A DNA stretch of 59,328 nt, counting the filler, from Sphacelaria rigidula (taxonomy: Eukaryota): assembly GCA_964200075.2 (NCBI GenBank). It is 8 parts of 8 records of this genome, joined end to end, with 100 filler letters (N's around TTAATTAATTAA, not from the genome) between each part and the next. Parts side by side here need not be neighbours in the genome. Positions count along the whole stretch, not along the records: positions 1 to 7,329 come from CAXNAA020015415.1; positions 7,430 to 14,758 come from CAXNAA020015416.1; 6 more parts are not named here. The stretch is one strand, 5' to 3'. Below, piece after piece: positions 1-11,682 of this stretch (the stretch's first letter is position 1; each line of letters starts with the position of its first letter). The notes under the pieces were generated by a model, which saw only the letters and a list, made by a program, of their open reading frames with translations, made no database searches and was not told where the DNA came from. A program made the translations under genes and the position numbers.

Positions 1-727
1 CCCCCCCCCCCCCCCCCCCCAAAGGGATCCCTCGTCCCCGCTTAAAAACCAACCCCCCCCCCCCAAGAACCCCCCCCCCCCCCCCCCCCCCGCGCCCCTC
101 AACTGTCGCTTCGACAGGCTAGCTTTGCGAGATCCACCAGTATACCGGATCGGATTTGCAGGCGCGATGCCAGCGTAGGGACTGCATCCACTTCATTGAC
201 GTCGGGGGTACGTTGAGACGAATATGTTTTCTGCCGTTACCGGACCCTTCGGTTTCTGGTTTTCTATCCCGTCAACCTCACTTTGTCTACCGTTTCCTCG
301 GGGAACGTCCGTAGTTTTTCGAGCGATCGACCCATCTCTCGTTCAGCGAGTTTCTTGCTGTTAATTCTCGACGATTGAGTGAATATTTGGTGAGGAACAC
401 GCGCCCCGTACAAGCAGTGTGTTGTCTCATCACTGTCGGCGGTCACGTTTGCTGTCATTGTCGATGTCCATCACCTGTCAAGCGCTTGCCTCAAATATTG
501 ACCATTACGAACATTTAGCTCACCAGGTCCAGGCTTTGATTTCGCCGCATGCCTCCCAAAGTATGTGTTGGTATTTGAATTGATCGTAAAGATACCGCCC
601 ATGCCCCCCTCTCCCTCGATTCTCTAGAAAGAGATCGAAAGAGAGACGGTAAGGAAGGGCGGAGGAAGGAGTAAATGATTGACGGGTAAAGTTCCAGGTA
701 GTACTGGTATTCGAGGTTCGCAGCGAT

Positions 728-3700
728 ATGACAAGAAGAGGGGTTCAAATGAAATGCAAAGGGGTTGGACTGTACTGTTTCGCAAGAGGAAACGTAGAAG
801 GGGAGGGAGAACACTTTCGAGTCACACTAAAACAGAGCGTGAGCAAGGAGTGGGAAAGGATAGAAACAAGTTCGGTGTCGGCATGGTTTAGAAAAGTAGG
901 ATGGAAAGTATGCATAGCTGATGAAACAACAAACCTAGGACGTAGTCCACGGGTAAACGGACGGGGAGAGAGGCAGGGACAGGTAGGTGCCCGGAAGGGG
1001 AAGGGGAGGGGACATAGCGGCCCAAAGCAAATAGAATAACCAACCCGGAAACGGGAAGAACAGTCAAGCAAGGGAAAGTAGAAGTGGTGCACACGGAAAG
1101 GGGACCGGAGACAACGGGAGCGAAGATAATTATTCGGAGTGGAAGTTGGAAATAGGATCATGGAACGTGTGTGGATTCGTGACAGGCAAGCGCAAAAGAA
1201 TGCATGTAGCCCAACATGAAGTAAGATTCCGAAAGTCATGGGAGAAGAGGGGGTGGAAATAGGATGCAAAGTTGGAGAGTACGCATGGATAGGGAAAAGG
1301 CGGAATGGACAGAAGCCCGAGAGCAGGGGAGCGGGAGGAGTAGGATTCTTGGTCAAGGAATAGCTGCGTGACAGTATACGAGAGATGAGCGACACGAAAT
1401 TCGACGAGAGCATAGAGATAAGGGTACACGACCAGGAGAGCGGGGAACGAAGGACCGCTTCGTAGTGAACATCTACATGCCGCGGAATCGAAGAATGGGG
1501 TAAACGGTATACAACGGAGGTTTGGAGAAATAGCAGCAGGTGTACGAAAGTATGAAAGGCAAGGAAAGGTGATGTTTGCGAGAGATTTTAATGCAAGGGC
1601 AGGAGGAGCAGGTCACCCGGATGATATTATTGGGCAATACCGGGAATATTGGAAGAAAGCTAATGGGGTGAAAATGCCCAAGCTCCTTGGGCATAGCGGG
1701 AGGACGACGCTGAACAACGCGCACAAAAACCAGAAGCGCAATGAACATGGACTAGAAACCGCAAAGGCGAGATAGAACGCTCCGTTCTAACCTATATAGT
1801 GGTAGAGTATGGACATAGTGAAGAAATGGAAGTATATGTATGCCCGGAGGACGTGGGAACCGCAGATCACTGCGTTCGAATGCCGACAGACAGAGCTGAA
1901 AGAAAAAGGCGGGGTAGCAAGTTGTTCCAATGGAGAATCGATCAACTACATATGGAGAAAAATACCAAGAGTTCCAAAACGAGATGGCCAAACATGCCGT
2001 GGAATTTTCCGAACTGTTGGAATGCGTAGGTACAGTTGATACCGGGATGGAAAGAAATCAAGCAGGAGCGAACCTTGTAGAAGGATGGGAACGGGTGGTG
2101 AAGAGTGCAGCGAGTAAAGTCATAGGGAGGAAACTGATCGTATGCAACAGAGCGATCAAATGGAGGGATGGGGAAGTAAAAGAGGCTATCAGAGTAAGGA
2201 GAGAGGCCCACGCGAGATGGATGTCGAGCAAAAGTCCGGTAGGATGGAAGTATACTAGAGCTTGAAAGGAAGTAAAGAAGATGGTACAGCAGAAAAGAAA
2301 AGTTTGGAAAGGTATAGTGACTTAAATGGACGGAGATTTCGACGGCGGGTGAAACAAATGTGGGCAGGGATGAAAGGGATGAGAAAAAACCAGGCAGGAA
2401 AGATGAACGAGGAGATAATTACACTCTGGGCACAGAACGGCAAAATGGTCAGTAGTTCGAAGGGAAAGAGAAGAGTATTAGTCGAGCACTACCGTAAACT
2501 TAAAACTAAGAACATCAAAACCCAACACGGAGTTCGACATCGCATTCAAAAAAGAAATCAACGCGTGGGCAGAGGCAAATGCAGAGACGTCAAAACGGGC
2601 GGATAGAGACTCGAAATAATTGCAGAGATTTTACTAGAGATGAAGTGAAGGAGTAGTCGTCAACCCTTTCAAAAAGGGAGGCATGGATGAAGTAGGAAGT
2701 TAAGTGGGGATAACGCTACTTACTGACCACGGTAGGGAAAACTTTCTGTAAGATTCTGAATAATAGAGTAGGAACGATGCTAGAGACGGCAGAAAATATT
2801 AGCGAGGGACAAGCAGGAGATAGACCAAACCGTAGTTGCGTAGACCATGTGTACACGTTGGGTCAGATTATTCAGGGTAGAAAAGACACCGGGCTGACAA
2901 CGTACTGTTTCGTTTTGGACGTGCAAAAGGCTTATGACACAGTATGGAAAAATGGGCTGTGGAAAACGTTGAGGGAAACTGGGATCAGGGGAAACATGTG
3001 GAGAATGGTGAAGAAGATGACAGAGGGTGCTTAAAGTGCCATGATACCAGACGGGGATATATAGAAACATTTTGATATCTTGAGAGGGTTTGCACAAGGA
3101 TGTACGTCCATCACCCACTTTGTTTAAGGTATTTATCGATGACTTGATACGAGTAATAGAAGCAGCAAATCCAGGAGTCAACGTGGGTGAAGATGTGATA
3201 TCAGGTTTGATGTTTGCACATGATTTCGTGGGGATTTTAGAAACAGCAAAATGATTATAACACAATATGGAGAAATGGATTGTGGAAACCGTTGTGGGAA
3301 GCTGGGATGAGAGGAAAGACGCGGAGAATGGCGAAGAAGATGACAATGTGGCAAAAGTGCCATGATGCTAAACGGGGACATATCGAAATACTTGAATTTT
3401 TTTAAAGAAGTTGCACAAGGTTGTACGTTATCACCCCCCTTTGTTAAAGGTATTTATCTATGACCTGATAATAGCAATAGGTACAGCAAAGCAAGAGGTT
3501 CGGGTCGGTGAAGATGTGGTATCAGGATTGATGATCGCACATGATTTTGTGGGGATTTCAGGACCACCAGAAGGATTACACAGATATACAAGGCGCTAGA
3601 ATACACTAGGAACTGTATAGTGACGGCGAATGTTAACAAATGCGTGGTACTCGTCTGTAACGAAGATCAGAAATATCCGGGAAAGTTCAAGTGGAAGTGG

Positions 3701-5019
3701 GGAGAAGAGAAACTGCCGATCGTAGACCAACATAAACACCTTGGCGTAGAGATCTCAATGCACTCTTCTAGGGATGCACACATAAACAAAGTAATGGAAA
3801 AGGGTAAGACACAGATAGTCAAGATGGACGTGGTGTTCAGAGACGCCCACCTAGACACTAGGATTGAGAGACGTATCCTGATGACTGTGATCGTACCAAA
3901 GCTGGAATATGCAGGAGAAGTTTGAGGGGGGAACGTGAAGTTGGTGGAGAGATTGAAACAGTACAGGTGGCAGCAGCCAAGAGAGTAGTTGGATGCTCGA
4001 AAACGACGAGTAATACAGCATTGAGAGCAGAGTTGGGAATGTACTCACTTCAAAATAACAGACATGAAAAAAATGCGTGGAGATATACCTCGAAGAACAC
4101 GCAGAGAAAGAGGTTGCCAGCTATAGTTGATGAGAGCGTCTTATATGGCAACCAATGCGTATTTGCACAAAGATGAGGATTTCAGCCGGTGTACGTTCGG
4201 TTTTCTCCCGTGAAATGATGTTTCGGACCCCAGTTCGTTGGGCAATGTTTTGCGCGCAGTCCTGAGGAAACCAGACCAATTTTCTGATCCTTTGGACGCT
4301 GACTTGTGGTTTATCACCTTTTGTACAAACACGGATTGGTTGTCATACAAATCGGTCCAAGGCTGTATGGAAGAAAATTACGAAAGGGCAGGCTGGAACA
4401 AGGTAGGAAAGAGAAGTCGAGCAAGTATGGAAGGAGATAGGAGGAAACCAAGACGATATACTGTTCACATATGAGGGACTAAGAAGCGCTTAGACGTAAA
4501 GTGGACGAGAAGAAACACCTGGAGATATACGAGTGGTTGAGAGAGGGGATAGGGATGAAAGCATATTTGCATGGCCCGATCGACGCGGCGGAATATTTCA
4601 AACTGCGATTTCGGGTGGGGGGCCTGGACCTGCCAGGAAGAATAAAGATATACACCAGTAGTCGAGAGGGGGATAAAATAGATGCACAGAATCGCCCCTG
4701 TGGCAAAGCAGTAGAGAGCAGACCTGGTAAAGTTGCAGAATGTGCAATATACAAGGAAGAATGGGACGCGCTAGAGCTGGACGTGCGGAACGTGACCAAA
4801 GTTGACATGAAATCGCTTGATGCATTGGACAGTGAGGAGAAAACGATGGCTATACTAGGAGATAGCTGGTGGCCACACAAGAACGCGAAACAGGGCGGGA
4901 TAGGATATGTAAAAAGGTTTCTGTGTCATGAACGGAAGAGACGTAATGAGAGCACCAAAATGTTGGAGGTGTCTCTGTTAGGAGGAGGAAGGGTACTCTG
5001 CCTCGAAAGGAATGCGTGA
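728..5019 (+). pseudogene. Disrupted LINE polyprotein: N-terminal domain, AP endonuclease, reverse transcriptase, C-terminal Zn-knuckle-like region
   Basis: Collinear ORF fragments 728-1039, 1569-1775, 1930-2265, 2262-2606, 2777-3034, 3411-3599, 3620-3925 and 4501-5019 with recognisable APE/RT motifs, separated by stops and frameshifts. Confidence 0.88.
2932..3578 (+). repeat. Internal tandem duplication (~323 bp) of the RT core in LINE copy 1
   Basis: TTATGACACAGTATGG at 2932 recurs as TTATAACACAATATGG at 3255. Both units cover the AQGC..SP and (F/I)AHD motifs. Confidence 0.85.
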
Positions 5020-5101
5020 TCAATGGCCAAACGACAAAGAAAAGCGAAAAATGAGTACGCCCCCCTCTCCTCACGGGCGCGCCCTATCCCCCACCCCCCA
5101 T

Positions 5102-7329
5102 CTATTGCTCGTATTCGGAGTCTGTAGCGACATGACGAGAGTGGAGTTTGAAAAGAAATGCGATGGAGTTGGATTATACTGTTTGGCAATGGGAGAAGTA
5201 GAAAGGGAGGGAGAACACTTCCGAGTCACACTAAAGCAGAGAGCGAGCAAGGAGTGGGAAAGGATAGAAACAAGTAAGGTATCGGTATGGGTTGGAAGGG
5301 TAGGATGGAGAGTATGCAGTGCTAACGGGATAATAGACCTAGGACGTGGTGGACGGGCAAACGGAGGGAAAGAGGGGCAGGAACAGGTAAATGCCCGGAA
5401 GGGGAAGGAAAGGGGACACGGCGCACCGAAACATATGGACGAAGTCCAAACCGGTAAGGGGCAAAACAATCACGCAAGGGAAAATAGGAGTAAGAGACAC
5501 GGGAAAAGGATACACAACAAGATAACATATACTGATTCGGAAAGGAAGTCAACGGGATCATGGAACGTGTGTGGATACGCCACGGACAAGCGCAAACGAG
5601 AAGAGATAGCGCAACAAGTGAGTAAACACGACCTAGATATAGTAGGAATCCAAGAGTCATAGGAGAAAGAGGGGGTAAAAATAGGACGCAAAGTTGAAGA
5701 GTACGCATGGATGGGGAAAAAGCGGAAGGGACAAAAAGGACAAGAGCAGGGGAGCGGGGGGAGTAGGGTTTTTGGCCAAGGAATATCTGTGTGACAGTAC
5801 AGAAGTGATCGATGACACGAAATCCGACGAGAGCATATGGATAAGGGTACCAGGACCGGGGAACGAAGGACTTCTTTGTAGGGATTATCTATATGCCCCC
5901 AGAATCGTAGAGTAGGGTGGACGGTATTCAGGGTAGGTTTGGAGAGATAGCAGCAGATGTAAGTATAAAGGGCAAGGAGGGGTCATGTTAGTGGGAGATT
6001 TGAATGCAAGGGTAGGAAGAGCAGGCGAACCGGATGATATCATTGGGCAATACGGGGAAGGTAAGAAAAACACGAATGGGGTAGAGATGCTCAAGTTCCT
6101 TGAGCATAACGAGATGAAGACGCTGAGCGATGGAGTACCAAAGCTAGAGGCGCAATGGACATGGACGAGGAAATGCAAAGGCGAGATGGAACGCTCCGTT
6201 CTTGACTATATAGTGGTAAAGCGTGGAAATAGCACAGAAATGGAAGTACGTTTGTGCGCGTAGGACGTGGGAACCACAGATCACTGCCTAATATGCACAT
6301 GAAGCGAACAGACGAGAGCTGAAAGCAATAGGCGGGGTAGGAAGTTGTACAAATGGAGAATCGATAAACCAGATATGGAAGAGAAACGGCAAGAGTTCCA
6401 AGAAGAGATGGCCGAAAATGCAGTTAAATTTTCGGACCTGTTGGAACGCATTGGTACAGTTGATACCGAAATGGAAACAAATCGGGCAGGAGCGAAGGTT
6501 GTAGAAGGATGGGAGCAGCTGGTGAAGAACACAGCGAGTAAAGTCAAAAGGAGGAAACTGATAGTATGCAACATAGCAGTAAACTGGTGGGATGAGAAAG
6601 TGAAAGAGGTTATCAGAGTAAGGAGAGGGGCCCACGCGAGATGGATGTCGAGCAAACGTACGGGAGGATGGGAGGAGTATAATTAAGCTCGGAAGGAAGT
6701 AAAAAAGATGGTACAGCAAAAAAAGAAGGAAGTATGGGGAGGTGTAGTGAGAAAAACAAATTGAGATTTCGACGGCGGGATAAAACAAATGTGGGGAGGG
6801 ATAAAAGGGATTATGGGTAACCAGGCAGGAAAGATGGACAACGGGATAGCTACACTCCGGGCACAGAACGTTGAAATGGTCAACAGTTGTAAGGGGAAGA
6901 GAGAAGTGCTAGTCGAGCACTACCGTAAACTAGGAACACCAGAAACAAGCACGGATTTCGATAAGGAATCGAAAAAAAATCAACGTGTGATGAGAGGTGA
7001 ATGCAGACACGTCGAAACGGGCGGATAGAGGCTCGACAGAATTGCAGAGAGAGTTTACGAGAGATGTAGTACAGGAGTGCATAACTAGACCCAAGAACAG
7101 AAAGGCGGCAGACGGAAAAGTGAATCAAATTCTCAAGTACGGGGGAGAAGGAATGATTACCATGATGGTCATGCTGTACAACTGGATCTGGGCAAACGAG
7201 TACACACCCAAGAGGTGGAGAGAAGGAGTAGTCGTCAATTTTTTCAAGAATGGAGACAAGGCAGAACCAGGAAACTATAGAGAGAAAGCGCGACTGAGCA
7301 CGGGAGGGAAAACGGTCTGACATTGTGAA
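5102..7329 (+). mobile_element. Second copy of the same LINE family, cut off by the contig end
   Basis: Collinear with 700-2750. APE motifs GSWNVCG, DIVGIQES, GGVGFL, LVGDLNAR and SVLDYI, plus RT N-terminal WREGVVV..FK.GDKAEPGNYR. Multiple stops. Confidence 0.92.
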
Positions 7330-7429
7330 NNNNNNNNNNNNNNNNNNNNNNNNNNNNNNNNNNNNNNNNNNNNTTAATTAATTAANNNNNNNNNNNNNNN
7401 NNNNNNNNNNNNNNNNNNNNNNNNNNNNN
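7330..7429. other. Artificial contig linker N44-TTAATTAATTAA-N44
   Basis: 100-bp linker with stop codons in all six frames, identical at seven positions. Confidence 0.99.
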
Positions 7430-7991
7430 CCCACGCCGTACCGACAAGACCGGTCATGGCCTTCGTCGGAGGACGGGGAACGGAGGAGGGTTGACTATTT
7501 TGGTTTAATTATCATATAACGACCCGTACCCGTGTGCCTCAGACGTTACAATGACAGCCTTCCCCTGCTCGCCGCTGCCTTTCACTATCTTCTTCCCATT
7601 TTCAGCCGCGGGGTCGCGAGGTGAGGTCAGTTTTGCGTCCATTCCGCTCGATATCTTCAGCTGCTACAGAAGCAATACAGGCGTCATGGACCACATCTGC
7701 ATGTCATCAAGCTGGCCTGGCATGCGCCTCAGAGAAGCGGTACTTGTACACCACACGCCACAACTGTTGTTAGTTGAATTGCTTACATTCTGGCGAGGTC
7801 ATATTTTATGTCATTATCCATACTATCTCATCTAACCCTCTCTTTTGTCCTGGAGCCCCATTGTAGATATAGAGTTACTAGAGGTGAAGTCCCGTGTTGC
7901 ATATCTCTGCACCCTCACCATCCAATGGCGAAAAGGAAATATTCCGAAAGATCAACCGGACGGTGTCGGTGATAGCCAAGCTTCTAAACCA

Positions 7992-8704
7992 CGATCTGGA
8001 CTAGCTGACGGTGATTTTTTTTAACAAAGAGTGGAGATGTCATTGGTAGTTCGAAGAGTTAGGCGCTGAAATGTTGACACGACATTTTTACCATCAACCC
8101 GCGCAACCCTATTGAGGGTGCAGAGGGAACCCCCCCCCCCAGGAAATAAGAGCGAGTTGAAGTTTCAGCCTAACAGCGAAAATGCTATAATTTCCTTCAA
8201 AATTGATGAAAACAACGACAACACTCGAGATATACGGGCACTCGCGTCAACGCCATTCTGGTGAAGTTTCGACCAAAAATACCTCAAATTGGGCGCGGCA
8301 TCGCACTTTTCGTGTCACACGGCCGCGCCCCTCTAATTCAAGGGATGCAGGAGACTCCAATTATGCGGGTCGTGAGTTCGAATCTCGGCAGATTCTCTTC
8401 GTTTTTTCGTTCGTCGTTAACCCTTAGACAGCGAGAGTAGGCCATTTGCTGAATCGGCATCAATTTCACTTGAAAAAAGTATGCATGATCCAGATAGACA
8501 ACCCTCGCGGTCTAAGGTTTACGGTAATATATCATGCAGTACATTTTTTATTTTTTTCATATTTTTTCTTCATTCAGGGGCCGTGCCGTGTGTCACCAGG
8601 TTGGTCTGCACTTCATAGTGATACGCTCAAGTCGTGCTGATTTGGAAAACTGTAGAAGTTGTAGTGTGGAAAGCGAATGCGGGATACACTGCTGGCCCAG
8701 CTCG
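7992..8704 (+). mobile_element. MITE family with TIR CGAGCTGGGCCAGC and internal tRNA-like cassette, copy A
   Basis: Left end CGATCTGGACTAGCTGAC (degenerate), right end GCTGGCCCAGCTCG, flanked CA/CA. Internal GACTCCA...GAGTTCGAATC. Homologous to 11683-12247 and 32526-33119. Confidence 0.75.
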
Positions 8705-9251
8705 CACGAGTAGACAAGCATACGTCTGAAATCCCAGAGAATATGCCCCGAGAACTCGAATAAAGATGAAACGCGTGTAAAAACACGTGAAACGTACAAG
8801 CTTGTTCACATTAAAAATCCAAAATTTAGTCTCCGGCGATTCCTCGCGCGTTTTCCCGAGTTAGACCACGAAATTTTGCAGACTTGTTTCCGAAGGCATT
8901 AACTAAAACTTGAAGCATGGGCTTGTTTGATTTTTGGTTTTGAGGTCGAGATAGCCGGGATCCGCCCCCCCCTCCCGGTCAAGTTGTTCGACCGCAATCA
9001 TGGATAAATAGCCAACACAAAGAAAACAAAACCGCCTATTCTTCGAGAGTTAGGGAATGCCTTCGAGAACATGTATGCAAAACGTCATGTTCTAACTCGC
9101 CGAAACGGCGTGAGGAAATTCGAAAACGTTCGCTAAAGTATAAAAATGTCTGCGTGCCCCTCGTATTATTACTTGATGAAAGTATAGAATCGCCCTTTTT
9201 GAGGGTTGTTTTCACGGTACAAGACTCAGCCGATTCAGTTTTTCGAGTTGA

Positions 9252-9734
9252 GGCCGGATGTTATGGCAGACAGATTTTTGGCCAACGGATTGTTTACTTT
9301 AGGGACGTTTGACCCACCTTTTGACCACCAAACAGGAAAAACCGCCAACACACGTCTCGGACGCTTTGCATCGCCCCACAGAAAGGACCCTAGCCTACTT
9401 TTTCAGATTCGCTTGGCTCCGAAGTTTTGAGATTGGCCGCTGAACAAAAATTCGTTCGCAAAAATCTGTGCTTGCCGATCCACAGATTATTGAGCAAACT
9501 GGTGGGGGTCGGCAAGCACAGATTTTGACGCACGAATTTTTGTTCCGCGGCTAATCTTGAATCCTCGGAGCCAAGCGAATCTGAAAAGTGGGCTAGGCTC
9601 CTCTCTGTGGGGTGATGCAAAGTGTCCGAGACGTGTGTGGCCGATTTTCTCTGTTAAGGGGTCAAAAGGTGGGTCAAAAGTCTCATAAGTCAACAATCCG
9701 TGGGCCAACAATCTGTTTGCCATAACATCCGGCC
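9252..9734. mobile_element. Fold-back PIF/Harbinger-like MITE
   Basis: Ends GGCCGGATGTTATGG...CCATAACATCCGGCC with a 3-bp TSD TGA/TGA. The two ~230-bp arms are inverted copies of each other. Same TIR as 48694-49516. Confidence 0.85.
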
Positions 9735-11682
9735 TGAGTAACGTAAATTGGTACACATGTTTCTTTGCATACCACCTAACCCTCAGATGTCGAACTTCTG
9801 GGGTTGAGGCATTCTGTACCGGTCTCCGGGGGTCTTTATGCTGGGACCCCCGGAAGCCGGTAGAGAACGGAGAAGCTTCGAAATCTTGCCAAGAGTACAA
9901 TTTTTCAATTTGGAGCATCAATATTACGGAACTGAAAGTTTGAGGATGGTATGAGCTTTTCTACAACAGGTACAAGGGAAATCGTCACGAGGCTCCGTGG
10001 GTCTTTCGTACGGATCATGAGTGGAAATTAGACGACGCCGACGTTCCTAATCACCGAAACATTACGGTTCCGGGCAAAATTTGACCCCGTTGGAACCGTT
10101 TTCAAATCTGTTACCCCCGTTAGATTCCCAAGCTGATGGCGGTTACTACGATTCGAAGCATGTGGAGATTCGGTGAAAATTGGGCTTGAAATTCGTGTTT
10201 TCAATTTCGGAACAATTTGAAAGGTACTGATCAATCGAGACATATCCCTGTCCATAGCGCCACCGCTATAGCTTTGGACAATAATCCGGCTATGTCACTC
10301 TTTTCGTCTGTTCATTGCGGTCAGTATGATACCATGTATGCGACTATTGGGTGCGTATTGCGGAAGGCATTTGCTGATGGCAGAATTTTGGACCTTTTGC
10401 GTGAATCAGCCTGTATCGTGAAGCAGTTTTGTGCAGATTGGACCCCAGACTTGCACGCAGGTCCAAAAATACGGCGGGTGTGAAACTTGTCGTTACTCCA
10501 AGGTTTGTGTAGTGCTCCAGACAAGACGCAACAAGGCAACACAACACGTACACATCCAGCCCCGAAAAAACACGCACAGACACCCACCACTCGCGCATTG
10601 GTTTCACTGCTAGCCCTTGCTAATCTACACATGGCACTCTTTGTTTGACGGAAATCTGTTCTGCATGGGACGAATGGCGGCCGCGTAAGTTTCACAAACA
10701 ACCGAAAACGTGTCGTTGCTGACCGTTTCGTACGCGTGTGCTGCGCGCGCATCTCACACAAATCATTATCTCCCAATGAACTCTGAACAGATTTTAGCAA
10801 GCAGTGTTTCGCCCAGTTTGCGACTACCTCCAAAACGCGACTTGGCGAAGTAAAATAAGTTGACAGGGCAAAATAATGACAACTGCGGTGATGCACAGCT
10901 GTACTATAGTACTTATCCTAAACCACCCCTCCGTCGAAGTCCTGTTCAGTTCCGTCAAGTACAACACACGAACGATCGACGGGTGACCGGAAAAAAAGCC
11001 GACGAAATATGCACAAGCCCAAAAGCCATTTTCCCATATGGCCGACCTACACGCGATCGCAGATAAGTCGCGCTGCACGAATGGCAGCCAGCTGAAGCTC
11101 AAGAGGCAGGTAGTAATTGCTAATGTCCATCGTTTAACATCAAAGTTGCACCGATTACGTGTCGGGATCGTACGTAAATTGCAAAAGACGGACCTTACCC
11201 TACGTCAACATTTGTATCCGCGGCAAGAGTGTGCGCAGCCGCGACGTCGAGGGCTGACAGAGATACGTCTTACCTGCACAGAGCAATTTGATTCGTCTCT
11301 GCAGTTGCTGCGTGTATTGAAATATTAACATCTCGGCGGGGGGTGTTGGGACACATGAGATGCTGTGGAAAAGCGTATCAGATACTCCGGAGTACAAAGA
11401 AAGCCGATATCCAAAATAAGCCGGCGGTAATTGCGCCGCGTTTAAGTGTGTTCGTAGTCGTAGATATATTCTCCCACACTCTTTCGTGGAAACAACAGCG
11501 TTGTCCGTCAGCGGAGAAGATAGTTCAAATATGTGCATGCCGTGATAGCTGCGGTGGCGCGTGAGGTCACTGCCCAAAAGATAGCGTGCAAACACACGCA
11601 CACTGTCGTCAGCGAGGCCGTGACCCCTCCGTGTCCAAGGTCAGTTCTCATGGCAAACAAGCAACGCCAAAAACATATTGTA

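Larger units (their letters stand above)
615..5065 (+). mobile_element. Degenerate non-LTR retrotransposon (APE-RT LINE), copy 1, near full length
   Basis: Translated fragments show APE motifs (GSWNV near 1155, DFNAR near 1585), RT motifs (QAGDRPNRSCVDH, LDVQKAYDTVW, MFAHD, KHLGV) and a degenerate C-terminal Zn-knuckle region (PCGKAVESR..VAECAIY). It ends in AATGAGTACG followed by a C-run. Candidate TSD GCCCCCCTCTCC at 603-614 and 5059-5070. Many stops and frameshifts. Clade (RTE/RTEX or CR1/L2-like) not resolved. Confidence 0.93.

Noticed and set aside
1-100. Long poly-C tracts at the window start
   Set aside because: Low-complexity contig-end sequence that is probably error-prone, with no assignable element end.
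745-6788. Many minus-strand ORFs over the LINE copies (e.g. 745-1413, 2780-3346, 6288-6788)
   Set aside because: Antisense shadows of a purine-rich coding strand. They are S/F/P/L-rich and carry no motifs.
7374-7385. TTAATTAATTAA recurring every ~7.4 kb as a biological periodic motif
   Set aside because: Always embedded in N44 padding, so it is an artificial six-frame stop linker.
8325-8390. Intact tRNA gene
   Set aside because: B box and anticodon-like loop are present, but the acceptor and D stems do not form, and it lies inside a MITE.
10321-11601. ORFs 10321-10896 and 11200-11601 as genes or a transposase
   Set aside because: No recognisable motif, splice structure or coding-like bias that I can support.
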